A stretch of 64,000 nucleotides of DNA from Candidatus Sericytochromatia bacterium (lineage in GTDB: Bacteria > Cyanobacteriota > Sericytochromatia > S15B-MN24 > VGJW01), in assembly GCA_035285865.1 (NCBI GenBank), contig JAYKHS010000026.1, positions 1 through 64,000 on the forward strand, read 5' to 3'. The notes beneath the pieces were generated by a model that was given only the letters and a program-made list of their open reading frames with translations, made no database searches and had not been told where the DNA came from. This document shows, in pieces, positions 37,279 to 46,923 of this stretch. The position numbers and the translations under genes were made by a program. Position 1 is the stretch's first letter, and the number at the start of each line of letters is the position of its first letter.

Positions 37279-40200
37279 GGTGTTTCAGGACATCGGAAAG
37301 CCATGTGCGGAACGGTCGGTTGCGGTCCACCACTTCCTTGTTCGCCCAGGGTGTCCAGGGCCGTGTCCAGTGAACTCCCCCGACCAGATAGCGGTAGCGG
37401 CCGGGGTGCTCGACAGGCCAGGGATCGACGAGGTAGCGTTTGCCCGGAGTGGCGATGTTCCCCACCATGACCCAGTGGGCATCCTGATCGGAATCGACCG
37501 ATCGCAGCACGATCACTTGGTCCAGGTCTTGCTTCCAGCTCAGCAGGGTCCCTGCGGGGGCTTCGGCCAACTGCACCTCCAGCCGTTCCGCCTTGGGCTC
37601 GGGCCAGGCAGGCAGGCTCTCGCGTATCAGGTCGGTCGCACTGGGTCCAAGAAGAAGAACCATGCCGGTAGCCAGTCCTGCAAGGGTTCCTGAAGTGCGA
37701 TGCAGGACGCGTTTCATCGGCGTGAGGTGGTCCATGGCTCGTTCGAGGCCGGGCACGTGGAGCACAGGCGTCAGGGGCTCGAGCTGGCGCGCGGTCTTCA
37801 GGGCGAAGCGGCCGCGGCCCCTCACGGGGTCGTAGGCCAGAACCAGGGGGCGGTGTCCCTGTGGAACCAGCGCCGGCAGCAGGCTCATGGCCTGGTCGCG
37901 CTGGCGGCGGACCTCTCGAGTGCGCCACCACGAGAGGGGCTGGTGCCACCAGCTCGGGTCCTTGCGCCCTTGTGCCACGGCTCTGGGGCCGCGATCGCCA
38001 GCGCCCCTGCGGACCGCCATGTTGCCGTGCGCCGTCGTGTCCTCGTCGTCGTCGAGGTCGGCGTTCTCGAGCAGCGCCCGTCCCTCGGCGGCATCTTCAT
38101 CGTCCTCGAGCAGGCCGCGCTGGGCGGGGGCGGCTTCGATGGGCCCCTCGTAACCTTCTTCGGCCAACAGCTTCATCAGCAGTTCGTCCTGGTCGTCGTC
38201 CAGGCCCGGGTAGGCCATCGCCGGGCCTGAGGGCACGGGCGCGTCGTGAGGCAGCGGGTCGAGGGCGTCCAGACGCCTGCCCGCCTGGCGCAGGCTCCCG
38301 GGTATCATCCAGCCGATGAGGCCCAGCTCCTTCAGGCGCTCCAGGTCGTCCGGGTTCAATCTGGTCACGGGAACAACGGCCGTGATGCGATGCACGGACT
38401 GACCTTCCGGACCCCACGCGCAATCCCCGAGCAGTGCGGCCTCGCCTTCCGCCGGCCAGGCCACGTCGACGGGAACTGAGATGCGATGGTCCGGATGCAG
38501 CATCTCGAGCCCGAGGAAACGCGAAAGAGCCGACTCCGGCAACGGCACGAGCGGCGCGTCGTTCTGACCGGATGGTTCGCCCGCTGCGCGGCTGTCCGTC
38601 CCGTGTCCGGGCCCTTCGATTCCGTCTGCGGCTTCGATGGAATAGCGGACGAGTTCCGGCTCGGTGGCACGCGCGGTGTTCAACACGTCTTCGGGAGCAG
38701 AGCCGAGGATGGCGCGCAAGGCCGAGACATCCGACATCGGGTCGTCCCACGCCTCCTCGGCGGGATGTTCCGTTTCGGGCACGGCGGTGGCAGACGGCGC
38801 GACGACCGATGGGTCCAGGGGGCCCGTGCCGTAACGCTTGAACAGGGCATCGAGTTCCGGGTCCTGTTCCATCCGGTTCAGCGTCTCGAGCAGCTGTTCC
38901 TCCGGTTCATCGCCGAACGCGTCCTCCGATACGCCTTCCATCGTCTCGTCGGCGAGGGGCGCTGGCTCATCCCCGGTTGTCCCGGGGGCGGCCCGCTCAT
39001 CCAGGGCCAGTCGATCCTCCTCTTCATCGACTGCAAAGGGGTCATCCGCCACGAATGGCTCATCGGCCTCCTCGATGGCGTCATCCTGAGGGTCGGCTGA
39101 GGACCTGTTCCGCAAACTCTCGGGCAGCAGTTCCTCTACCGTCGGGAAAGGGATCTCGCCACTCAGGAAGCGTTCGAGGAGGTCTTCGGGCTCCTCCAGC
39201 ATGTCCAGTACTTCGAGCTGAGCGGCTTCCAGCACGAAGACCGGCGTGTCGGGGATGGGCAGGATGACAAAAGCGGGTGCCGCCTCCCCTTCCGGCGCTT
39301 GCCCGGAATCGGGGACGGATCCTGCCGGGATGTCGAATATCGAGTCCACGCTCGGGAACGTGGGCTCGGGCTCGGGCTCGGGTGGCGGCGGGGGGGGCTG
39401 TGCCAGATGCGGCCTCGGTCGCGGTGGGGCTGCCGGCAGAACCTCCGGTGACGGGAGCGGCGGCGGGGCGGGTTCCGCGGCAGGATCGGTCGTTGCTTCC
39501 AGAACCTCGAGTGCCTGCAGGACCTCGTCCAGTTCGGCAGGCGGTTGCGCGGCCTTCGGCTTGCTCTGGGGGATCGGGGTCATGCCGCCGTAGCGAATCG
39601 CATTCTCGATCAGGACCGGGTCGTCGAGCGGAATCCAGCCTTCCGGGGTTTCCACCGGAGGCCAGGTATCCTCGTGATCCTTGGAGCGCCATCGGAATCC
39701 CAGCCCCGGCAGGTGGAAGCTCGGGGGCAAGTTGCCATCCTCGAAGCCTTCCAAAGGAGCATCCGGATCCGGTTTCTCGTTGGCGCGAAGCTCGATCTCA
39801 TGCCGTGCAGCCATCTTGTCCAGACGGTCTGTCCTGGAGCCGACCCCAGCCGTCTTGGACCAGCCGTGTCCTGCGAAGGACTCGGGGGGGCGCTGCAAGG
39901 AGACCGGCTGTACCTTGGGGACGACGAGTCTGTTTCCGGCGCGCTCCCGAGCTATCGAGAGACGGTCGTCATAGGCCTTGCGGGTAATCGGGTCCAGGAG
40001 TTCGGCTTCTGCGTGCTTGAGCATGGCCAGTGCGGCTACCGCATCGTTGTGCAAGGTCGGGTGGTCGACGCGCCCGTTCCAGAAGGTCCGGTAGTTGTCG
40101 ATGGCGGAGGCGAGTTCGGCTGCCGAGCCCGTTTCCGGCAGGCCAAGGAGCGTGTAGTAGTCCGGTACGTCCGCTTCCGCGCCCATCGGGGCCGTACCGG

Positions 40201-40582
40201 AGGTGATGCCCACGATGGCGTCACGGATGCCATCCGAATCTCGGCCGGGCAGACGGACGACCCGGACGCCCTGGGCCGCCATCCGTTCGATGAAGCTTCG
40301 GGGGTCATCCAGTGGTGCGGTACCCGGTGTGCCGGGCAGAAGGCAGAAGTGCGTGGAGGCCAGCAGGCGGCCGGAGTCCTGCGCGAAGGCTGTACGGATG
40401 GCGCGGACGACCTCACCGACGACGTCCTCGTTGCCGGCGACCATCACCCCTTCCCAGGTACGTCCGGAGCCGCAGGCATCGAGGAAGCCCTGGATGTTCC
40501 CGGGCCGATGACGGATGGCCTCGATTCGGCCTTGCGGCCATTGCACCGGCCGAGGCAGAGCGTCAAGCAGGAGCCAGGTCAT
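37268..40582 (-). CDS. Large multidomain protein: alpha/beta domain, J-like domain, acidic Pro-rich IDR, JAB-like domain, TM, C-terminal beta (FN3-like) domain
   Basis: PDYYTLLGL..LLDPITRKAYD, D/E/P-rich tract, EAALLG..ITAVVP..LIGWMIPG, TM GTLAGLATGMVLLLG, LSW..YLVD..GRYRYLV. Confidence 0.7.
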   Translation of the reverse strand: MTWLLLDALPRPVQWPQGRIEAIRHRPGNIQGFLDACGSGRTWEGVMVAGNEDVVGEVVRAIRTAFAQDSGRLLASTHFCLLPGTPGTAPLDDPRSFIERMAAQGVRVVRLPGRDSDGIRDAIVGITSGTAPMGAEADVPDYYTLLGLPETGSAAELASAIDNYRTFWNGRVDHPTLHNDAVAALAMLKHAEAELLDPITRKAYDDRLSIARERAGNRLVVPKVQPVSLQRPPESFAGHGWSKTAGVGSRTDRLDKMAARHEIELRANEKPDPDAPLEGFEDGNLPPSFHLPGLGFRWRSKDHEDTWPPVETPEGWIPLDDPVLIENAIRYGGMTPIPQSKPKAAQPPAELDEVLQALEVLEATTDPAAEPAPPPLPSPEVLPAAPPRPRPHLAQPPPPPPEPEPEPTFPSVDSIFDIPAGSVPDSGQAPEGEAAPAFVILPIPDTPVFVLEAAQLEVLDMLEEPEDLLERFLSGEIPFPTVEELLPESLRNRSSADPQDDAIEEADEPFVADDPFAVDEEEDRLALDERAAPGTTGDEPAPLADETMEGVSEDAFGDEPEEQLLETLNRMEQDPELDALFKRYGTGPLDPSVVAPSATAVPETEHPAEEAWDDPMSDVSALRAILGSAPEDVLNTARATEPELVRYSIEAADGIEGPGHGTDSRAAGEPSGQNDAPLVPLPESALSRFLGLEMLHPDHRISVPVDVAWPAEGEAALLGDCAWGPEGQSVHRITAVVPVTRLNPDDLERLKELGLIGWMIPGSLRQAGRRLDALDPLPHDAPVPSGPAMAYPGLDDDQDELLMKLLAEEGYEGPIEAAPAQRGLLEDDEDAAEGRALLENADLDDDEDTTAHGNMAVRRGAGDRGPRAVAQGRKDPSWWHQPLSWWRTREVRRQRDQAMSLLPALVPQGHRPLVLAYDPVRGRGRFALKTARQLEPLTPVLHVPGLERAMDHLTPMKRVLHRTSGTLAGLATGMVLLLGPSATDLIRESLPAWPEPKAERLEVQLAEAPAGTLLSWKQDLDQVIVLRSVDSDQDAHWVMVGNIATPGKRYLVDPWPVEHPGRYRYLVGGVHWTRPWTPWANKEVVDRNRPFRTWLSDVLKHHEH

Positions 40583-40584
40583 CT

Positions 40585-42468
40585 TCAGCGGCCCCAGGCA
40601 TCCCAGGGGGGACGTGCACGAAGCCCGACGGCGGCGGTGTCCCAGGGCTGGCCCAGCACTCCGAGTCGATCCTGAGGCAACATCAGGTAGCGGTAGATGC
40701 CATCGGCCGCGACATGGTCCTGAAGTGGCTGGCCGAGGCGCAACCGCAGGCGTCTGCCTTCGCCGAGCCGCACATGCTCGCCTCCGGGCCCGAGATTCTC
40801 GCGGATGACCCAGATGCCCGCCAGATGGGGCTCCGGATTGCGCAGGCCCAGGGACAGGGTCTGGCGGTCGAGGGACAGCTCCATCTCTCCTTCGACAGAC
40901 TTGAATGCCTTCTCTGCCGGCCAGTCGAACGGCAGGGCACGAGACCAAGCGACGGGCTGGCCGTCCCGGTCCAGCTCGGCCAGGCGGTACCAGACCCTGC
41001 TGCTCGGCGGATCTTTGCCCAGCAGGGGCTTGGGCAGGGGCAGGTGATCGGCGCCGGGCGGCACCATGCCGAGGCGTCGCCTGTCACCGCTGCGGCACTC
41101 GGGACGGAGGCATCCGTACAGGGCGAGCGGTTCCTCGCGGGAAGTCCACGTCAGGACGGGCGTGCTGCCGACGAGGGCCAGCGCAAAGGTCTGCGGTCGA
41201 TGGATCCACAATGTCGTCAGCAGTGCGACAAGGGCCAGGGCCGCACCTTGTCGGCGATCCGCCGGGGCCATGAAGTCGCGTACGGAGCGGCTGACCGCGC
41301 GATGCCACGGCCGCCGCGCCCCGCGGATCAGGCCCCCGGTGGCCGGGTCGAAGACGGGCTCCCCGCGTGTCGGCGTCCGGGGCATGCGGCCGACCGTGCG
41401 TTGCAGCAGGACAGCCTCGGCCTTGACGTCGTCAACGACGAGGCAGGTCTGCCAAGCATGGGGCATCAGGGCTTCATGCAGGCCACCGTCGTCCCGGACG
41501 AGTCCGCCTCCGGGGCGCATCACATAGGTCCCGACGGGCACGAGTGCGGTGCCCGGGTGCTGAGCACCGGTCTGCAGCAGGCCTTGCAGCACGCGGCGCG
41601 CTTCCTGACGCAGCCCGGGGCCGTCCGTTCCATCGGTCAGGGGGACGGCCGCGAGGATCGTCACGTCGACGCGGGGGCTGCCGTGAAGATCGCGTGCCGG
41701 GGACACGCGTCCCATCAGCAGCCCCCGTCGGGTCTCCACCGGTTCTCTCGGATCGAGCGCACGGCGGACAGCCGTAGGCATGCAGACCCGCAAACTCGCG
41801 TCGCCACCCGGGATCATCCACAGGTCGTCGGCCATGCGTCCCATCCCCACGGGCAGGGCCGGCCAATCGATCGTCGGATCGACTTCGGGTTCTGCCGGGC
41901 TCTCCAGCTCCGACCAAGGGTCATCCCCCTCGCCGACGAATACGGGAGTCGGCGGCTCGGGAATCCCTTCCCGGATCGGGTGGTCGTCCTCGATGCCCAA
42001 GGAGTCCAGGGCATCGCCCAGTGCCTCGTAGAGGCCGGCCATCGCCGAGAGGTCGGCCTCGGGGGGGGCTTCCTCGACCGTCACTGCCCCGACGTTGCCC
42101 GGGCTGTCCGGAACGTGCGCGGCAGCCGGCGGCGCAGCATCCGTCATCGGACTCGCCTGGGGCGATGCCACGGTTGCCGCAGTTGCCGCCTGCGGCTCAG
42201 GGCTCGTGAAGTCCTCGCTCGAGCGGGCCGGGGCTTCGCCATCCAGCAGGAAGCGGTCCAGCGTCGGGATGGCCGCGCCCCCTTCCGGGAAGGCGCCTTC
42301 CAGCGCGGACAAGAGGCCGAGTCCGCCCCCCTCGCCCTCGCCGGGTTCGTCCGTGAACGCGGCCAGCAGCGCCTGACGCTCCTCGACGGTCGTGCGGGCT
42401 CCTTCGAGGCCGCCGCCCGGTCCAGGAGGCGTGCGTGCCTCTTCGTCGGGAGAGCCAGCCGGAACCAT
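40585..42468 (-). CDS. Acidic IDR + inactive JAB/MPN-like domain + TM + tandem beta (FN3-like) domains
   Basis: ETRRGLLMG..VTILAAVP..VGTYVMRPG..D..LH..CLVVD follows the JAB layout without HxH. TM AALALVALLTTLWI, LTW..WYRL, DGIYRY. Confidence 0.7.
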   Translation of the reverse strand: MVPAGSPDEEARTPPGPGGGLEGARTTVEERQALLAAFTDEPGEGEGGGLGLLSALEGAFPEGGAAIPTLDRFLLDGEAPARSSEDFTSPEPQAATAATVASPQASPMTDAAPPAAAHVPDSPGNVGAVTVEEAPPEADLSAMAGLYEALGDALDSLGIEDDHPIREGIPEPPTPVFVGEGDDPWSELESPAEPEVDPTIDWPALPVGMGRMADDLWMIPGGDASLRVCMPTAVRRALDPREPVETRRGLLMGRVSPARDLHGSPRVDVTILAAVPLTDGTDGPGLRQEARRVLQGLLQTGAQHPGTALVPVGTYVMRPGGGLVRDDGGLHEALMPHAWQTCLVVDDVKAEAVLLQRTVGRMPRTPTRGEPVFDPATGGLIRGARRPWHRAVSRSVRDFMAPADRRQGAALALVALLTTLWIHRPQTFALALVGSTPVLTWTSREEPLALYGCLRPECRSGDRRRLGMVPPGADHLPLPKPLLGKDPPSSRVWYRLAELDRDGQPVAWSRALPFDWPAEKAFKSVEGEMELSLDRQTLSLGLRNPEPHLAGIWVIRENLGPGGEHVRLGEGRRLRLRLGQPLQDHVAADGIYRYLMLPQDRLGVLGQPWDTAAVGLRARPPWDAWGR

Positions 42469-42527
42469 GGCTTCATGATACCCCCGGGGCGGGCTGGTAG
42501 GATGGAGCGTCAAGCCGGAGGCCCCGC

Positions 42528-44951
42528 ATGCAGGAACGCTACGATCCCCAGTCCATCGAGCCGCGGTGGCAGGACCACTGGGAGCGCCACGAGACCTTCC
42601 GGGTCCGCGAGGATGCGGGCAAGTCCAAGTACTACGTGCTGGACATGTTCCCGTATCCGTCCGGTTCGGGCCTTCACGTCGGCCATCCCGAGGGCTACAC
42701 GGCGACCGACATCGTGGCGCGCTACAAGCGGATGAAGGGTTTCAACGTCCTGCACCCGATGGGCTGGGATGCCTTCGGGCTGCCGGCCGAGCAGCACGCC
42801 CTCGCCACCGGCGAGCATCCGCGGGCCATCACAAAGCGGAACATCGAGACCTTCAAGCGCCAGATCAAGGCCTTGGGCTTCTCCTACGACTGGTCGCGCG
42901 AATTCAGCACCACGGATCCCGATTACTACCGCTGGACGCAGTGGATCTTTCTGAAACTGGTCGAGAAGAACCTGGCCTATGTGGCCGAGGTGCCCGTGAA
43001 CTGGTGCCCGGCGCTCGGGACGGTGCTGGCCAACGAGGAGGTCATCGACGGCAAGAGCGAGCGGGGCGGCCATCCCGTCGTCCGCAAGCCGATGCGCCAG
43101 TGGATGCTGCGGATCACGGCCTATGCCGAGCGCTTGCTCGAGGACCTGGCCGAACTGGACTGGCCCGAGAGCGTTCTCGAGATGCAGCGGCACTGGATCG
43201 GGCGCTCCGAGGGTGCCGAGATCACCTTCCGGCTGCAGGGCTCGGATGCGTCCTTCCGCGTCTTCACCAGCCGACCCGATACGCTCTTCGGAGCCACCTA
43301 CTGCGTGCTGGCGCCGGAGCATCCGCTGGTGGCCCGGGTGACCACCGAGGCCTGTCGATCTGCCGTCGAAGCCTATCAAGCGGCGGCTGCTCGCAAGAAC
43401 GACCTCGATCGGACGGACCTCGCGACCGAGAAGACGGGTGTCTTCACCGGAGCCTTTGCGGTCAATCCTGCCAACGGGGAGTCGATTCCCGTGTGGATAG
43501 CCGACTACGTGCTCGCTTCCTATGGCACGGGTGCCGTGATGGCCGTGCCCGCGCACGACACCCGGGACTGGGAGTTTGCCCGGGTCATGGGTCTGCCTGT
43601 CCGTCGTGTGGTCGAGGGCGGCGACCTCCAGGAATCGGCCTGGACGGGCGATGGAGCGCACCTGGAGTCCGCTTTCCTCGATGGCCTGGACGTGGCGGCG
43701 GCCAAGGCCCGGATGACCGAGTGGCTGGAGGCCGAGGGGCACGGCAGCCGCAAGGTCAACTATCGCCTGCGGGACTGGCTTTTCAGCCGTCAGCGCTACT
43801 GGGGCGAGCCCATTCCCGTCGTGCATCACGAAGATGGCACCTGGTCGGCGCTCGCGCCCGATGCCCTGCCGTTGCTGCTTCCGGACCTCGAGGAGATCAA
43901 GCCGAGCGGGACGGGCGAGAGCCCGCTGGCCCTCGCGAAGGACTGGGTCGAGACGACGGCAGATGGCAAGCCGGTTCGCCGCGAGACCAACACCATGCCG
44001 CAGTGGGCCGGGTCGTGCTGGTATTACCTGCGCTTCATGGACCCTGCCAACGCCGAGGCGCCTTTCGCCAAGGACAAGGAAGCCTATTGGGGCCCCGTGG
44101 ATCTCTACGTCGGTGGGGCGGAGCATGCCGTGCTCCACTTGCTTTACTCCCGATTCTGGCACAAGGTGCTGTACGACCTCGGCCTCGTGTCCACGAAGGA
44201 GCCCTTCAAGCGCCTGTTCAATCAAGGGATGATTCTCGGCGAGAACGGCGAGAAGATGTCCAAGTCCCGGGGCAACGTCGTCAATCCCGATGACGTGGTC
44301 CAGGCCTACGGGGCCGACACGCTGCGGGTCTACGAGATGTTCATGGGGCCACTGGAGGCTTCAAAGCCCTGGAACACCCAGAATGTCGCCGGATCCTACC
44401 GATTCCTCGAGCGTGTCTGGAAGCTTGTCGTTGGTGCGGAAGGTGGCCTGAATCCGGCCATTCGCGACATCGATCCGCTGGCCGCCCGTGATCTCGAGCG
44501 TGCTTTGCACAAGGCCATCGCCAAGGTGGGCGGGGACATCGAGGGCCTGCGCATGAATACCGCCATCAGCGCGCTGATGATCTTCCTGAATGAGGCGGCC
44601 CGGACCGAGGTTCTGCCGCGCGCGACGGTCGAGCGTTTCGTGCTGCTGGTCGCACCCTTTGCACCCCATCTGGCCGAGGAACTCTGGCATCGACTCGGGC
44701 ATGCGCAGAGCCTCGCCTATGCGCCGTGGCCGGCCTTCGATCCCGCGATGACGGTCGAGGACACCGTGGAGTTGGCCATCCAGGTCAACGGGAAGGTGCG
44801 TGGCCGCATCGAGGTGCCGGCCGATGCTCCGGCCGAGCTGGTCGAGAAGGCTGCGCTCGAGGATGCCGACACCCGTACCTGGTGCGAAGGCAAGACGATC
44901 GTCAAGGTCGTCGTCGTGCCGGGACGGCTCGTCAACGTCGTCGTCCGCTGA
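42528..44951 (+). CDS. leuS: Leucine--tRNA ligase
   Basis: [30 protein letters not shown]. Confidence 0.98.
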   Translation: MQERYDPQSIEPRWQDHWERHETFRVREDAGKSKYYVLDMFPYPSGSGLHVGHPEGYTATDIVARYKRMKGFNVLHPMGWDAFGLPAEQHALATGEHPRAITKRNIETFKRQIKALGFSYDWSREFSTTDPDYYRWTQWIFLKLVEKNLAYVAEVPVNWCPALGTVLANEEVIDGKSERGGHPVVRKPMRQWMLRITAYAERLLEDLAELDWPESVLEMQRHWIGRSEGAEITFRLQGSDASFRVFTSRPDTLFGATYCVLAPEHPLVARVTTEACRSAVEAYQAAAARKNDLDRTDLATEKTGVFTGAFAVNPANGESIPVWIADYVLASYGTGAVMAVPAHDTRDWEFARVMGLPVRRVVEGGDLQESAWTGDGAHLESAFLDGLDVAAAKARMTEWLEAEGHGSRKVNYRLRDWLFSRQRYWGEPIPVVHHEDGTWSALAPDALPLLLPDLEEIKPSGTGESPLALAKDWVETTADGKPVRRETNTMPQWAGSCWYYLRFMDPANAEAPFAKDKEAYWGPVDLYVGGAEHAVLHLLYSRFWHKVLYDLGLVSTKEPFKRLFNQGMILGENGEKMSKSRGNVVNPDDVVQAYGADTLRVYEMFMGPLEASKPWNTQNVAGSYRFLERVWKLVVGAEGGLNPAIRDIDPLAARDLERALHKAIAKVGGDIEGLRMNTAISALMIFLNEAARTEVLPRATVERFVLLVAPFAPHLAEELWHRLGHAQSLAYAPWPAFDPAMTVEDTVELAIQVNGKVRGRIEVPADAPAELVEKAALEDADTRTWCEGKTIVKVVVVPGRLVNVVVR

Positions 44952-44963
44952 GGCAGGCGTCAA

Positions 44964-45896
44964 TCAGCCGGTCGTGCCACGCCGCGCCAACATCGGCGCG
45001 GCCAGAGGCCACGCGATGCCCGCCACGATGAGGGCGGCCCCGGCGGCTTCGATGGGCTGGGGCCACAGGCCGAGCAGCAAGATGCCGAGGGCGATGCCGG
45101 CCACCGTTTCTCCCGGCGAGGCCAGCGAGACGATGGCCGGCCGCAGGCTCCGTGATGCGGCCTGCACCAGCGTGTGCCCCATCACGGTGGGCACCAGGCC
45201 CAGTCCGGCCATCGCTGCCCAGCTGGTCCACGGCAGGTCCAGTCTCCAGACGTCGGGGCCACTGTGGCCGGAAACATGGGCCGCCCAGAGCCCCAGAGCG
45301 ACGGTCAGGGCCGCCGTTGCGTAGATGACGGACGCCGAGGCCACGACACCCAGGTGCCGGACGGGTCGCAAGAGGGCAACATAGGCTCCGAAGAGCACGA
45401 CGGCCACCAGGATGCCGAGGTCACCTTCGAGGCGATGTTCGCCATGCCCTGCGCCCTGGGCCACCACCAAGGCGCCCAGCGTCGCGAAGATGAGGCCGAC
45501 CACCTCCATACCGGAAGGTCTCAGGCGAAAGGCCAGCCCGCAGACCAGCACGACCGCGACGGGTTCGAGGCTGACGAGTGACACGGCGGCGGGCAGGGAC
45601 GTATGGGCGAGGCCCCAGAGGAACGCCGAGAAGTGCGCGCCCAGCACCGCGCCGGCTGCCACGACCCGCACGGCTTCGGGGCGAGGCAACTGCCCGAGGC
45701 TTCGCGCCAATTCCCGCCAACCGAACGCGCCCATGGCGAGGGCTGCGACGGTCAGACGGAAGAACGCGGCCTCGAACGGACCGGCCGGGGCCGCCAGACG
45801 TGCCATGGGACCACTGGCCCCGAAGGCCAGGCTTGCCACGATCAGGAACACCCAGGCGAACCAGGCCGGGTGACGGCCCGATTCCGCCTGGGTCAA
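44964..45896 (-). CDS. EamA/DMT family transporter
   Basis: About 10 TM helices in two repeats, GAHF, LEP, TVMGHTL. Confidence 0.88.
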   Translation of the reverse strand: MTQAESGRHPAWFAWVFLIVASLAFGASGPMARLAAPAGPFEAAFFRLTVAALAMGAFGWRELARSLGQLPRPEAVRVVAAGAVLGAHFSAFLWGLAHTSLPAAVSLVSLEPVAVVLVCGLAFRLRPSGMEVVGLIFATLGALVVAQGAGHGEHRLEGDLGILVAVVLFGAYVALLRPVRHLGVVASASVIYATAALTVALGLWAAHVSGHSGPDVWRLDLPWTSWAAMAGLGLVPTVMGHTLVQAASRSLRPAIVSLASPGETVAGIALGILLLGLWPQPIEAAGAALIVAGIAWPLAAPMLARRGTTG

Positions 45897-45900
45897 CGCT

Positions 45901-46266
45901 TCAGGCCGAGACAGCCTGCCAGGGCTCGAGCCGTCCCTTGCCCCAGAGCTGCTCGAGGGCGTAGAACTCGCGGACCTCGTCGCGCATGACGTGCACGACC
46001 ACGAGGCCGCAGTCCAGGAGGACCCAGGAGGCCTCCTGCTGGCCCTCCTGCTTGATGTCCTTCACGCCCGCCGCAATCCACTGCTCCTGGATGTGGTCGG
46101 CAATCGCGCGGACCTGGGCCGGGCTGCCCCCGCTGCAGACCACGAAGTGGTCGCACATGACGGACACGTCCGTGAGGTCGATGCGCATGATGGCCCGGGC
46201 CTTCTTGTCGTCGGCAGCGCGGGAAGCGAGGTCGCAGAGTTCACGGGCACGATCCAAGCGGGACAT
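45901..46266 (-). CDS. rsfS: Ribosome silencing factor
   Basis: DKKA, DHFVVCSG, WVLLDCG, REFYALEQLW. Confidence 0.95.
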   Translation of the reverse strand: MSRLDRARELCDLASRAADDKKARAIMRIDLTDVSVMCDHFVVCSGGSPAQVRAIADHIQEQWIAAGVKDIKQEGQQEASWVLLDCGLVVVHVMRDEVREFYALEQLWGKGRLEPWQAVSA

Positions 46267-46314
46267 TCTCCTGTCAGCGGTGGGTGTTCCATCAGTATGA
46301 CAGGAACGCGCCGC

Positions 46315-46923
46315 TCACGCCGGGCTTCGGTAAAGCCCTCGCTCCATGATCCATCGCCGGACGGGTTCCGGGAGTCCCTCGGGATCATCGCCTGCCGTCA
46401 GGGCTGCGCGGATCGACGTCGCGCTCACGGCCACGGGTGACATCGACACGGGATCGAGGTAATCCGAGAGTGCTTTCGGCATTTCCCCGGCGGTAGGATG
46501 GCCAGGCCGCCCGACGACCGCGAAGCGCACCCTGCCTGCCACCCAATCCATGGCTCGCCAGTCCGCGAGGGTCGGCAGATGCTCATCGCCGATCGCCCAC
46601 CACCACGATCCCCCGGAATGGGCCTCCTGCAGTTCCCGGATCGTGTCGACGGCATAGGAGGGCGCAGGGCGCGCGAGGTCGACTGCCGAGACCTGCACGC
46701 CGTTCATGCCTCGCGTGCCCAGGTGGCACATCCGGAGGCGATCCTGGTCCGGGGCACCGGGTGCCTCCGACTTGAAGGGCGACCTTGCCGCGGGGACCAC
46801 CCAGACCGTGTCGGCGCCCCAGGCCAGCAGCGCATCCACGACGGCACGGTGCCCCGCATGGAAAGGGTCGAAGCTTCCCCCGTAGATGACTTGCCACGGG
46901 CGTGGCAGATCCGCTGTTCTCAT
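46315..46923 (-). CDS. nadD: Nicotinate-nucleotide adenylyltransferase
   Basis: YGGSFDPFHAGH, SPFK, SATSIR. Confidence 0.92.
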   Translation of the reverse strand: MRTADLPRPWQVIYGGSFDPFHAGHRAVVDALLAWGADTVWVVPAARSPFKSEAPGAPDQDRLRMCHLGTRGMNGVQVSAVDLARPAPSYAVDTIRELQEAHSGGSWWWAIGDEHLPTLADWRAMDWVAGRVRFAVVGRPGHPTAGEMPKALSDYLDPVSMSPVAVSATSIRAALTAGDDPEGLPEPVRRWIMERGLYRSPA

